From contig JBEHXL010000025.1 in the NCBI GenBank assembly GCA_048498715.1, positions 1 through 34,874 of the forward strand: 34,874 nucleotides of DNA. Reading direction: 5' to 3'. Positions 16,651-25,115 of the stretch are shown here, piece after piece. Made by a program: the position numbers and the translations under genes. The notes beneath the pieces were generated by a model that was not told the origin of the DNA, made no database searches, and saw nothing but the letters and a program-made list of their open reading frames with translations. The stretch is from Actinomycetota bacterium (lineage in GTDB: Bacteria; Actinomycetota; Acidimicrobiia; Acidimicrobiales; JACCXE01). Numbering within the stretch: position 1 is the first letter of the stretch; each line of letters starts with the position of its first letter.

Positions 16651-19600
16651 TTGATTGGGGGGAATGTGGCCGCAGAAGTAAGCGGTGGCTGGAGTGACTC
16701 AGGATTTGGCGCGCGCCTAGGCGACAGCCTTCAACGCGCGAAGTCCTGGTGGATAGACGATCGATCACACCAGTGGATGGTCGCGGCATGGGTGGTCGGC
16801 TTCGTCGCCTTCCGCTTCTGGATGCCGGCGCCGTATCCGATCCTGTTCGTCGGCATCGTGACGGGCTCGCTGTCCGCGCTTGTCGCCATGGGTCTCGTGT
16901 TGATCTACCGGGCCAACCGGATCATCAACTTCGCGCAGGGACAGGTCGGCGGTGTCGCTGCCGTCCTCGCCGCGTCGTTGATCGTCGGACCGAAATGGTC
17001 GTTCTTCCCGGCGGTCTTCGCCGGACTCCTCGCCGCCATCGTGTTGGGGGCGGGTACCGAGTACCTGATCATTCGTCGCTTCGCCAAGGCGCCGCGTCTG
17101 TTGCTGACGGTCGCAACGATCGGCATCCTGCAGCTGTTCGCGTTCGGTCAGCTCGCGCTGCCGCGGTTGTTCAACTTCGACACCGCGCCGCAGCCGCCGG
17201 TGCCGTTCAAGTTCCGCTTCAGCTGGGACCCCGTCGTGTTCAACGGTGGTCACCTGCTGATCGTGATCGTGGTGCCGATCGTGGCGATCGGCCTCGGCGC
17301 CTTCTTCCGCCTCACCCGCATCGGCATCGCCGTGCGTGCGTCGGCCGAGTCCTCCGACCGGGCCTCCCTGCTTGGCATCCCCGTCAAGCGCGTCGGCACG
17401 CTCGTGTGGACGATCTCCGCCACGCTGTCGGCGCTCGGTGTGCTGCTGCGCATGCCGATCCAGGGCGTCAACATCGGCGGCGTCGAAGGTTCGTCGCTGC
17501 TGCTGCGGGCGCTCGCCGCCGCTGTCATCGGCCGCATGGAGAGCCTGCCCAAGGCGTTCTTCGCTGCGCTGGCGCTCGGCGCCATCGACCAGGCGGTGTT
17601 CTTCCAGACGAACCGCACCGTGGTCGTCGACGGCATCTTGTTCTTCGTCATCATCGCCGGCCTGCTCTTCCAGCGTCGCGGCGTCGTGAGCCGTGCGGAT
17701 GACTCGGGTGCGTCCTCGTGGGCGGCGACGCGCGAGGTCCGCCCGATTCCGCGTGAACTCTCCCGCCTGCCGGAGATCACGGCCTCGCGCATCGTGCTCG
17801 GTGTCGCGTGCCTGATCGGCTTCTTCTACGTCCCGATGAAGCTGTCGGCGGGCAACGTCAACCTGATGGGTGTCGGTCTGATGATCGGCATCGTGACCCT
17901 GTCGCTCGTGATCCTGACGGGCTGGGCCGGGCAGATCAGTCTCGGACAGCTCGCATTCATGGCCTTCGGCGCCGCCGTCGGCGGCAAGCTGGCCGAGCAC
18001 AACACGAACTTCTTCCTCACCTTGCTCGTCGCCGGCCTGGTCGGAGCCTTGATCGCCGTCATCATCGGCCTGCCGGCGTTGCGCATGCGAGGCCTGTTCC
18101 TGGCGGTGTCGACCCTCGCCTTCGCAATGGCGACGGGTACCTATCTCCTGAACTACGAGTTCTTCCCGTGGCTGGTTCCGAACCCGAGTGGTCGCATCGT
18201 CCGCCCCGTTGTGTTCGGCAAGTTCGACCTCGAGAACGAACACACGATGTATTGGTTCATCCTTTTGTTCTTCATTTTCACGCTGGCATCGGTCGCCTCG
18301 CTGCGGCGAAGCCGGACCGGTCGCATCCTCGTCGCGACCCGCGACAACCAGCGCGCCGCGCAGTCCTACGGCGTCAATCCGATTCGGACGAAGCTTTCCG
18401 CGTTCGCCCTGTCGGGGTTCTTCGCAGCGCTCGCCGGAGCGCTGTACGTGTACCACCAGCACGGGATGTCCTCGACGATCCTGTCGCCGGACTCGAGCAT
18501 CCGGGTCTTCTCGATGGCGGTCATCGGTGGTCTGGGCTCGATCCCGGGCGCCTTGCTTGGCGCCGCGTATCTGACCTTCGTCGACTACTCGAGCTTCACG
18601 CGTGAGCCGCTGACGCGCTTGTTCGCTTCGGGCGTCGGCGTGTTGATCATCCTGCTCGTCATTCCGGGCGGTCTCGGGTCGGTGCTCTACAACATTCGCG
18701 ACTCGCTGCTGCGCATCGTCGCTCGTCGTCGCAACATCGTCGTACCGAGCCTCCTCGCCGACGTCCGTGTCGAAGAAGAGGAGAACATCCTCGACGAAGA
18801 GGCCGGGGCGGAAATGCCCACGCAGCCGGTGCCGATGGTGTCGCAGCCCAAGAACCCACTGCTGCTCGTGCGCGGCGTCGACGCTGGCTACGGGAAGACG
18901 CAGGTCCTGTTCGGCGTCGACATGCACGTCGAGCGTGGCGAGATGGTTGCCCTGCTCGGCACCAACGGCGCGGGCAAGTCGACGTTGCTGTCGGTCATCT
19001 CCGGACTCCTCGAGCCGTCGGCCGGCACCGTGATCCTCGACGGCGAGGACATCACGGGTAAAGCCCCGCAGGACACCCTCGCCGCGGGTGCGGTCTTCAT
19101 GCCGGGCGGCAAAGGCGTGTTCCCGACGCTTACCGTCGAAGAGAACTTCCGCCTTGCGGGCTGGCGTTTTCAAAAGGACGAGGAGTACCTGAACGCCATG
19201 CACGACCGGTGCTTCGGCTACTTCCCCGTCCTCAAAGAACGGTTCGACCAGAAGGCCGGCAACCTGTCGGGTGGCGAGCAGCAGATGCTCACACTTTCGA
19301 TGGCGCTGATCTGCAAGCCGAGCCTGCTGATGATCGACGAGTTGTCGCTCGGTCTCGCGCCGCTGATCGTCGAGCAGCTCCTCGGCATCGTGCGAGAAAT
19401 TCACGCAGCCGGGACAACGGTCGTGTTGGTCGAGCAGTCGGTGAACGTGGCGATCACGCTGGCCGACCGTGCGATCTTCATGGAAAAGGGCGAGGTTCGC
19501 TTCGACGGTGCGACCGCCGATCTGCTGTCTCGCCCCGACATCCTTCGCGCCGTGTTCCTCCAAGGCACCGACGCCGGAACGGCACACGCCGAGGGCGCCG

Positions 19601-20625
19601 AGAAGGTGCCGGCCAAGCCCCGCAAGGCCTTCGTGCACGAGTGCAAGCACTGCGGCCACGAACACAAAGAGGCGCTCGCCGTCACCGGCATCGGCGTTTC
19701 GTTCGGTGGCGTCCGCGCCGTCAACAACGTGTCGTTCGCAGTGCGTCAGTCCGAGGTCGTCGGCATCATCGGCCCCAACGGTTCCGGTAAGACGACGACG
19801 TTCGACCTCATGTCGGGCTTCGTCACACCGACCGAGGGTCGCGTCGACCTGATGGGTCAGGACGTCACGGACTGGTCACCCGACATGCGTGCCGAGTTCG
19901 GCCTCGGCCGTTCGTTCCAGGACGCGCGGCTGTTCCCGTCGATGACGGTGCGCCAAACGATCGCTGTTGCTCTCGAACGCCACATCGACGTCCGCGACCC
20001 GTTGGCCGCGGCGCTGCTGTCGCCCGCGGTGAAGATTTCCGAGCGAGCGACGTTCGCTCGGGTAGACGAACTCATCGACCTCATGCACCTCGGTGCGTTC
20101 GCGGACAAGTTCGTCGGCGAACTCTCGACCGGTTCGCGTCGTGTCGTCGACCTCGCCTGCTCGCTCGCGCATGAACCGTCGGTGCTCCTGCTCGACGAGC
20201 CGAGCTCCGGCATCGCGCAGCGCGAAGCCGAGGCCCTCGCCCCGTTGCTACTCAACATCCGCGACCAGACGGGCACGGCGCTGATCGTCATCGAGCACGA
20301 CATGCCGCTGATCCGCTCGGTGTCGGACCGCCTCGTTGCGCTCGAGCTGGGCGAGGTCGTCGCGATCGGCGACCCCGACACGGTCATCCACGATCCTCGC
20401 GTCGTCGAGGGCTACCTCGGCGGAACGCTCGAAGTCATCGAGCGCTCCGGCGTGGTCGACGGTGGTCCCGCTCGTGGCGGCACGAAGCGCCCGGCCACGA
20501 AGCGAGTCCCCGCGACGTCGAGCCGTAACGGCAATGGGAACGGGACCGGTGCGAAGAAGAAGGTCGCCGCCCGTACGACCGGCGCAAAGACCGTCGCGAC
20601 GAAGCGAGTCGCCGCAAAGAAGTAA
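16651..20625 (+). CDS. Fused four-domain branched-chain amino-acid ABC transporter: LivH-like permease, LivM-like permease, LivF-like ATPase, LivG-like ATPase, with Lys-rich C-terminal tail
   Basis: One uninterrupted 3975-nt frame. Residues ~40-340 are LivH-like TMD. ~370-700 are LivM-like TMD. ~730-975 form NBD1 with GTNGAGKST Walker A, LSGGEQQML signature and LLMIDE Walker B. ~1005-1260 form NBD2 with GPNGSGKTT, LSTGSRR and LLLDEP. Tail ...TKRPATKRVPATSS...GAKKKVAARTTGAKTVATKRVAAKK. Start uncertain (TTG 16651, GTG 16666 or ATG 16777). Confidence 0.8.
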   Translation: MIGGNVAAEVSGGWSDSGFGARLGDSLQRAKSWWIDDRSHQWMVAAWVVGFVAFRFWMPAPYPILFVGIVTGSLSALVAMGLVLIYRANRIINFAQGQVGGVAAVLAASLIVGPKWSFFPAVFAGLLAAIVLGAGTEYLIIRRFAKAPRLLLTVATIGILQLFAFGQLALPRLFNFDTAPQPPVPFKFRFSWDPVVFNGGHLLIVIVVPIVAIGLGAFFRLTRIGIAVRASAESSDRASLLGIPVKRVGTLVWTISATLSALGVLLRMPIQGVNIGGVEGSSLLLRALAAAVIGRMESLPKAFFAALALGAIDQAVFFQTNRTVVVDGILFFVIIAGLLFQRRGVVSRADDSGASSWAATREVRPIPRELSRLPEITASRIVLGVACLIGFFYVPMKLSAGNVNLMGVGLMIGIVTLSLVILTGWAGQISLGQLAFMAFGAAVGGKLAEHNTNFFLTLLVAGLVGALIAVIIGLPALRMRGLFLAVSTLAFAMATGTYLLNYEFFPWLVPNPSGRIVRPVVFGKFDLENEHTMYWFILLFFIFTLASVASLRRSRTGRILVATRDNQRAAQSYGVNPIRTKLSAFALSGFFAALAGALYVYHQHGMSSTILSPDSSIRVFSMAVIGGLGSIPGALLGAAYLTFVDYSSFTREPLTRLFASGVGVLIILLVIPGGLGSVLYNIRDSLLRIVARRRNIVVPSLLADVRVEEEENILDEEAGAEMPTQPVPMVSQPKNPLLLVRGVDAGYGKTQVLFGVDMHVERGEMVALLGTNGAGKSTLLSVISGLLEPSAGTVILDGEDITGKAPQDTLAAGAVFMPGGKGVFPTLTVEENFRLAGWRFQKDEEYLNAMHDRCFGYFPVLKERFDQKAGNLSGGEQQMLTLSMALICKPSLLMIDELSLGLAPLIVEQLLGIVREIHAAGTTVVLVEQSVNVAITLADRAIFMEKGEVRFDGATADLLSRPDILRAVFLQGTDAGTAHAEGAEKVPAKPRKAFVHECKHCGHEHKEALAVTGIGVSFGGVRAVNNVSFAVRQSEVVGIIGPNGSGKTTTFDLMSGFVTPTEGRVDLMGQDVTDWSPDMRAEFGLGRSFQDARLFPSMTVRQTIAVALERHIDVRDPLAAALLSPAVKISERATFARVDELIDLMHLGAFADKFVGELSTGSRRVVDLACSLAHEPSVLLLDEPSSGIAQREAEALAPLLLNIRDQTGTALIVIEHDMPLIRSVSDRLVALELGEVVAIGDPDTVIHDPRVVEGYLGGTLEVIERSGVVDGGPARGGTKRPATKRVPATSSRNGNGNGTGAKKKVAARTTGAKTVATKRVAAKK

Positions 20626-20628
20626 CGG

Positions 20629-21717
20629 TTATTCGTCGAGGTAGCGCAGGGTTGTGCCCGGTGTCGGTCGCAGCGCCCGCGCTATCTCGACGAGTTGCTC
20701 CGCCGGGACAGTGCCGGCGACCACGACGTACCGGTTCTTCTCCGGAAACGCGCTGACCTCTCGGTAGCCGAACGGCCCGATCCCGCCGATACCGGACTTA
20801 CCTTGGCCCAACGCGCCGAGATCGACAGGCTCGGCATCGGAGAGCGTGCCCAGGTCTTTATCGCTGATAGCGCCGAGGTCGAGCTTGCCACCACGGTCGA
20901 TCACGATCGTGTCGATGCCGCGTACGTACACGTCGACGATGCCGGCGATCTGGCCTTGTGAGTTCTCGTCGAGTACTTCGCTGGTGAGGGGCACCGATGC
21001 ATAGCGACCGACGAACGTGAAGCCGTCGGGCGCAGCGGGGAGGCTCCAGTCGGCGCGGCCCGGGGGTGACGAATCGGCGACGAGTGGGCGCACGCTCCCG
21101 ATGGTCTTGCCGCTGAGGCCTTTCGCCAGGGTCGACGCGATCTCCGTGGGTGTGGGTGCCTCGCCGAGGAGCTCGACCTTGCGGGCGACTTCAACGGTGT
21201 CGCCGACGCGCGACGCAAGCACGAGACCCATCCCGTCCACGCAGTACTCGTCGGCGTTGTAGAGATAGACGCGGCAGTCGCGTCCTGCGACGCGTCGGTT
21301 CTTTTGGTCGTCGTGATCAGCAGCCGGCGGGTACGCGTCGGGCCGCGGTTCCTCCGGAAGGGGCCGAAGGAACACGGCCCGTTCGGTCCCGCTGGGGGAG
21401 TCCTGTTCGAACCCGAGGCGCCGCTGCGTCTGGTTCTTCACGCCGGAAACGAACGGGCGTGCGACGGTGCGTTCGAGGCGCTCGGGAACGAATTCGCCGT
21501 TCTTCGCGTGCGTCGAAGCAGCATTGATCCGGTCGAACGTGATGCGGTACGCCCCCGGCGGATCGGTAGGAGTGGGCGCCGAGCCTTCGACGCTCGGCGC
21601 CAAACGCTCGAGTGCGGCTCGGGGTGTCTCGGCCTCGGCCTTGTCGCTGCTGCACGCGGGAAGCGCGACGGCGATCGCAGCGACGACACTCAGACGAAGA
21701 ACGGCCCCAGCCCTCAT
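20629..21717 (-). CDS. Hypothetical secreted lipoprotein (~363 aa)
   Basis: ATG at 21717 gives MRAGAVLRLSVVAAIAVALPAC|SS (signal peptide plus LPAC lipobox). The remainder has compositionally normal, high-GC3 coding. The upstream part of the track's 488-aa ORF overlaps the divergent gene and is rejected. Confidence 0.5.
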   Translation of the reverse strand: MRAGAVLRLSVVAAIAVALPACSSDKAEAETPRAALERLAPSVEGSAPTPTDPPGAYRITFDRINAASTHAKNGEFVPERLERTVARPFVSGVKNQTQRRLGFEQDSPSGTERAVFLRPLPEEPRPDAYPPAADHDDQKNRRVAGRDCRVYLYNADEYCVDGMGLVLASRVGDTVEVARKVELLGEAPTPTEIASTLAKGLSGKTIGSVRPLVADSSPPGRADWSLPAAPDGFTFVGRYASVPLTSEVLDENSQGQIAGIVDVYVRGIDTIVIDRGGKLDLGAISDKDLGTLSDAEPVDLGALGQGKSGIGGIGPFGYREVSAFPEKNRYVVVAGTVPAEQLVEIARALRPTPGTTLRYLDE

Positions 21718-21754
21718 GGGAATCGGACGATATTCGCTGCGTAGGATCGAGACA

Positions 21755-22597
21755 GTGCGGGGTCGGCTCTGGGCAATCGTGGGACTACTTGTGGTGGGCT
21801 TCGTCGTCGCAAGTTGCGTGTCTCCCGCGACGGCGCCGGTCGCCCTCGAAACCCCGACTCGCGTCACTCGGCATCGGACCACGCGCACCGTCACCCTCAA
21901 GACGACACCCTTACCGCCGACCGCCGCGGTGGTGCGGAGCGTGCCAACCGCCTCGCCCGCGACGCCGTCACCGTGGACGAGATTCGACGGGGTCGTTACC
22001 GGCTCGTCGTTCACGGTCGCCCACGTTCGTCGCGGTGGCGTAGCAATCTCGGTGCTGCCCGAGTTGACGCCCATTGCGTCGTTGTCGCATGTCACATCGG
22101 TCGGCGCGCCGCGGGTGTTGCTCGTCGTCGCGCAGGATCAAGACTGGCTGCAGGTGTTGCTGCCGCTGCGGCCCAACGGCAGTCTCGGCTGGATTCGTCG
22201 TAGCGACGTCGATCTCACGACGATCACGCAGCGCATCGAGATCGATCGAGGGGCGCATCGCCTGCACGTGTTCAACGCCGACGAGTTGGTGATGGACGAG
22301 CCGATCGCGGTTGGTCGCCCGACCACGCCGACGCCGTCGGGTCAGTTCTTCATCACCGAGTTACTCCGGCCACCGAACGCGGCCGGCGCCTACGGGCCGT
22401 ACGCGTTCACGCTGTCGGGCTACTCGAACGTGTTCCAGCGCTTCGGTTCCGGCGACGGAGCCGTCGGTCTGCACGGCACGAACGAGCCGCGATCGGTCGG
22501 CACCGATGCGAGCCACGGCTGCGTACGCGTGTCGAACGACGTCATCCGGCAGTTGGCGATGACGCTTCCGCTCGGAACGCCCGTCCTTATTCGGTAG
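21755..22597 (+). CDS. L,D-transpeptidase (YkuD domain) with N-terminal signal/lipobox
   Basis: YkuD catalytic motif GLHGTNEPRSVGTDASHGCVRVSND. GTG 21755 with AGGA SD 9 nt upstream gives VRGRLWAIVGLLVVGFVVASC (signal plus possible lipobox). Stop overlaps the valS 3' end by 11 nt (convergent). Confidence 0.75.
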   Translation: MRGRLWAIVGLLVVGFVVASCVSPATAPVALETPTRVTRHRTTRTVTLKTTPLPPTAAVVRSVPTASPATPSPWTRFDGVVTGSSFTVAHVRRGGVAISVLPELTPIASLSHVTSVGAPRVLLVVAQDQDWLQVLLPLRPNGSLGWIRRSDVDLTTITQRIEIDRGAHRLHVFNADELVMDEPIAVGRPTTPTPSGQFFITELLRPPNAAGAYGPYAFTLSGYSNVFQRFGSGDGAVGLHGTNEPRSVGTDASHGCVRVSNDVIRQLAMTLPLGTPVLIR

Positions 22598-25094
22598 GCG
22601 CCAGCTCGACCTCGACCGACGGATCTCCGACGGCGATATCGAGCGTGGCCACGACACCTGCCGCGAGAAGGTCGGCGCGAGCCGACTCGACGGCCGCGAC
22701 GTCGTCGGCGGTACCGCGGAACGTCACGAGCTTCACCGGTGTCTTCATCCCGACCTTCGCCTCGGTCTTGGCGCGACGGATCTGACCAAGCACCTCCGCC
22801 ACCGTCGCCAGCACCTGGGGGTCGCCCTCGTGATCTGCTGGCGTCGAGGTGGGCCACGCCGCGCGATGGATCGAACCTTCGCGGAACCACGACCACACCT
22901 CCTCCGTGACAAACGCAAGCACCGGAGCCAGGAGGCGGAGTTGGATGTCGAGGGCGCGGCGAAGAGTGGCGCGCGCGCTCGCCGTGGATTCAGCGCTGAA
23001 CGTGTCGTCCTGGCCATAGGCCCGGGTCTTGACCAGTTCGAGGTAGTCGTCGCAGAACGACCAGAAGAAAGTCTCCGCCGTGTCACGACCGCGGACGTAG
23101 TCGTAGTCCTCGAAGCCGGCGGTGGCTTCCTCGACGGTGGTCGCGAGCTTGGCGAGCAGCGCGCGGTCGATCGGCTCCGTGATGGGCGCGTCTGCTTCGA
23201 CTTCGCCGAAGCTCAACGCGAACTTCGATGCGTTGAGGACCTTCATCGCGAGGCGGCGGCCGATCTTGAACTCGTTCGGGTCGATCGTCGCATCGCGGCC
23301 CGGCTTCGCCCCGCTGGCCCAGTAGCGAACGGCGTCGGCGCCGTGCTTCTCGATGAGCCCGAAGGGGCTGTCGTCGGCGTTGGCCGCCGACTTCGACAGC
23401 TTCTTGCGGTCGGGGTCGGTGACGAAGCCCGAAATGTTGGCGTGCTTGAACGGGAGCTTCCCGAAGTGCATCTCGCCGCGGACCATTGTGTAGAAGAGCC
23501 AGGTTCGGATGATGTCCTGGCCCTGTGGGCGCAGGTCCATCGGGAAGACACGTTCGAACAGGTCGTCGTCAGAGCCCCAGCCGGAAACGAACTCGGGGCT
23601 GACCGACGACGTCGCCCACGTGTCCATCACGTCGGGGTCGCCGATGAAGCCGCCGGGCTGGTTGCGCTGCGACTCCTCGTAACCGGGTGCGGCGACGGTC
23701 GACGGGTCGACCGGCAACATCTCCGCCGTGGCCGGGATCGGCGACTCCCAGTCCACTGCGCCGTCGGCGCCGATCGGATACCACACCGGGAACGGGACAC
23801 CGAAGAAGCGCTGGCGCGTGATGTTCCAGTCGCCCTGCAGTCCCTCGATCCAGTTCTGCAGGCGCACCCGCATGAACTCGGGATGGAACTCGAGTTCGTT
23901 GGCCCGTTCGAGCAGCTTCGCCTTGTCCGGGAACTTGATGAACCACTGACGCGTCGTGATGATCTCGAGCGGGCTCTTGCCGTTCTCCCAGAACTTCACC
24001 GCGTGGCTGATCGGCTTCGGGTCGCCGACGAGGTCGCCCGACTCCCGCAGCATCTCGACGATCAGCTTCTGCGCCTGTTTGGCGTTGCGCCCGGCGAGCG
24101 TGTCGTAGCGGGCCTGGACCTCGGGATCGTCCCACTCCATCGGGAGCAGGCGCCCGTTACGTCCCATGATCGAGCGGACCGGCAGGTTCAGCTCGCGCCA
24201 CCAGGTGACGTCGGTCTGGTCGCCGAACGTACAGATCATCGCAATGCCCGAACCCTTGTCGGGCTGGGCGAGCTCGTGGGCGAGGACGGGAACCTCGACG
24301 CCGAACAACGGAGAACGGACGGTCGTGCCGAAACGCGCCTGGTACCGCTCGTCGTCGGGGTGCGCGACGAGGGCGACACACGCGGGGATCAGCTCGGGTC
24401 GCGTCGTCTCGATCGCGATGTCGCTGAACATGATCTTGTGGTACGCCCCGGCCATCTCGCGGTCCTCGAGGTCCGCCTGTGCGAGCGACGTCTGAAAATC
24501 CACGTCCCACAGCGTTGGCGCTTCGACACGATGCGCGTCACCCCGAGCGACGAGTTCGAGGAACAGCTTCTGTGACGTGCCGGTGACCTCGGGCGAGATC
24601 GTGCGGTACAGGTAGCTCCAGTCGACCGACAGACCGACCGTGCGCCACAGACGCTCGTATTCGACTTCGAAGTCCTCGACGAGCTTGGTGCACAACTCGA
24701 CGAAGTTGGGACGCGACACCGGCACGGGATCCTTCGGCGCCTTGGCCGGCGGTTCGAAGTTCGGGTCGTAGGGGAGCGACGGATCGCAGATGACGCCGTA
24801 GTTGATCTGGGTGCGGCGTTCGATGTTCAGGCCGTTGTCGTCCCAGCCCATTGGGTAGAAGACCTCCCACCCCGTCATCCGCTTGTAGCGGACCATGAAG
24901 TCGGTGTGCGTGTAGCTCCACATCGAGCCGGGATGGAGGTGGCCGCTCACGGTGGGAGGCGGCGTATCTACTGAATAGATCTGCTCACGAGTCTTCGTGC
25001 GGTCGAACACGTAGGTGCCGTTGGCTTCCCACTGCGCGCGCCACTTGTCTTCGAGGCCCTCCAGGGCCGGTTTATCGGGGACGGAAGTACTCAT
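22587..25094 (-). CDS. valS: Class I aminoacyl-tRNA synthetase, most likely valine--tRNA ligase (archaeal/type-2-like, no C-terminal coiled coil)
   Basis: DTPPPTVSGHLHPGSMWSYTHTDFMVRYKRMTGWEVFYPMGWDDNGL (HIGH-region architecture of Val/Ile/Leu class Ia enzymes). DVMDTWATSS editing/CP1-flank motif. KMSKS variant RKKLSKS. 835 aa. Confidence 0.65.
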   Translation of the reverse strand: MSTSVPDKPALEGLEDKWRAQWEANGTYVFDRTKTREQIYSVDTPPPTVSGHLHPGSMWSYTHTDFMVRYKRMTGWEVFYPMGWDDNGLNIERRTQINYGVICDPSLPYDPNFEPPAKAPKDPVPVSRPNFVELCTKLVEDFEVEYERLWRTVGLSVDWSYLYRTISPEVTGTSQKLFLELVARGDAHRVEAPTLWDVDFQTSLAQADLEDREMAGAYHKIMFSDIAIETTRPELIPACVALVAHPDDERYQARFGTTVRSPLFGVEVPVLAHELAQPDKGSGIAMICTFGDQTDVTWWRELNLPVRSIMGRNGRLLPMEWDDPEVQARYDTLAGRNAKQAQKLIVEMLRESGDLVGDPKPISHAVKFWENGKSPLEIITTRQWFIKFPDKAKLLERANELEFHPEFMRVRLQNWIEGLQGDWNITRQRFFGVPFPVWYPIGADGAVDWESPIPATAEMLPVDPSTVAAPGYEESQRNQPGGFIGDPDVMDTWATSSVSPEFVSGWGSDDDLFERVFPMDLRPQGQDIIRTWLFYTMVRGEMHFGKLPFKHANISGFVTDPDRKKLSKSAANADDSPFGLIEKHGADAVRYWASGAKPGRDATIDPNEFKIGRRLAMKVLNASKFALSFGEVEADAPITEPIDRALLAKLATTVEEATAGFEDYDYVRGRDTAETFFWSFCDDYLELVKTRAYGQDDTFSAESTASARATLRRALDIQLRLLAPVLAFVTEEVWSWFREGSIHRAAWPTSTPADHEGDPQVLATVAEVLGQIRRAKTEAKVGMKTPVKLVTFRGTADDVAAVESARADLLAAGVVATLDIAVGDPSVEVELAPTE

Positions 25095-25115
25095 GTCGGG
25101 CAGTACCGTACCTGC

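Noticed and set aside
16765-19665. 966-aa ORF on the minus strand
   Set aside because: It is entirely antisense to the fused ABC transporter gene. Its product is extreme Arg/Asp/Gly low-complexity with no motifs. Long antisense ORFs are expected in ~70% GC DNA because stop codons are AT-rich.
21718-22095. N-terminal 126 codons of ORF 20629-22095 (minus)
   Set aside because: It overlaps the L,D-transpeptidase gene on the other strand and precedes a textbook lipoprotein signal peptide starting at ATG 21717.
22830-24575. 581-aa plus-strand ORF
   Set aside because: Antisense to the well-supported valS gene. Arg/Asp/Leu/Val-rich with no recognisable domain.
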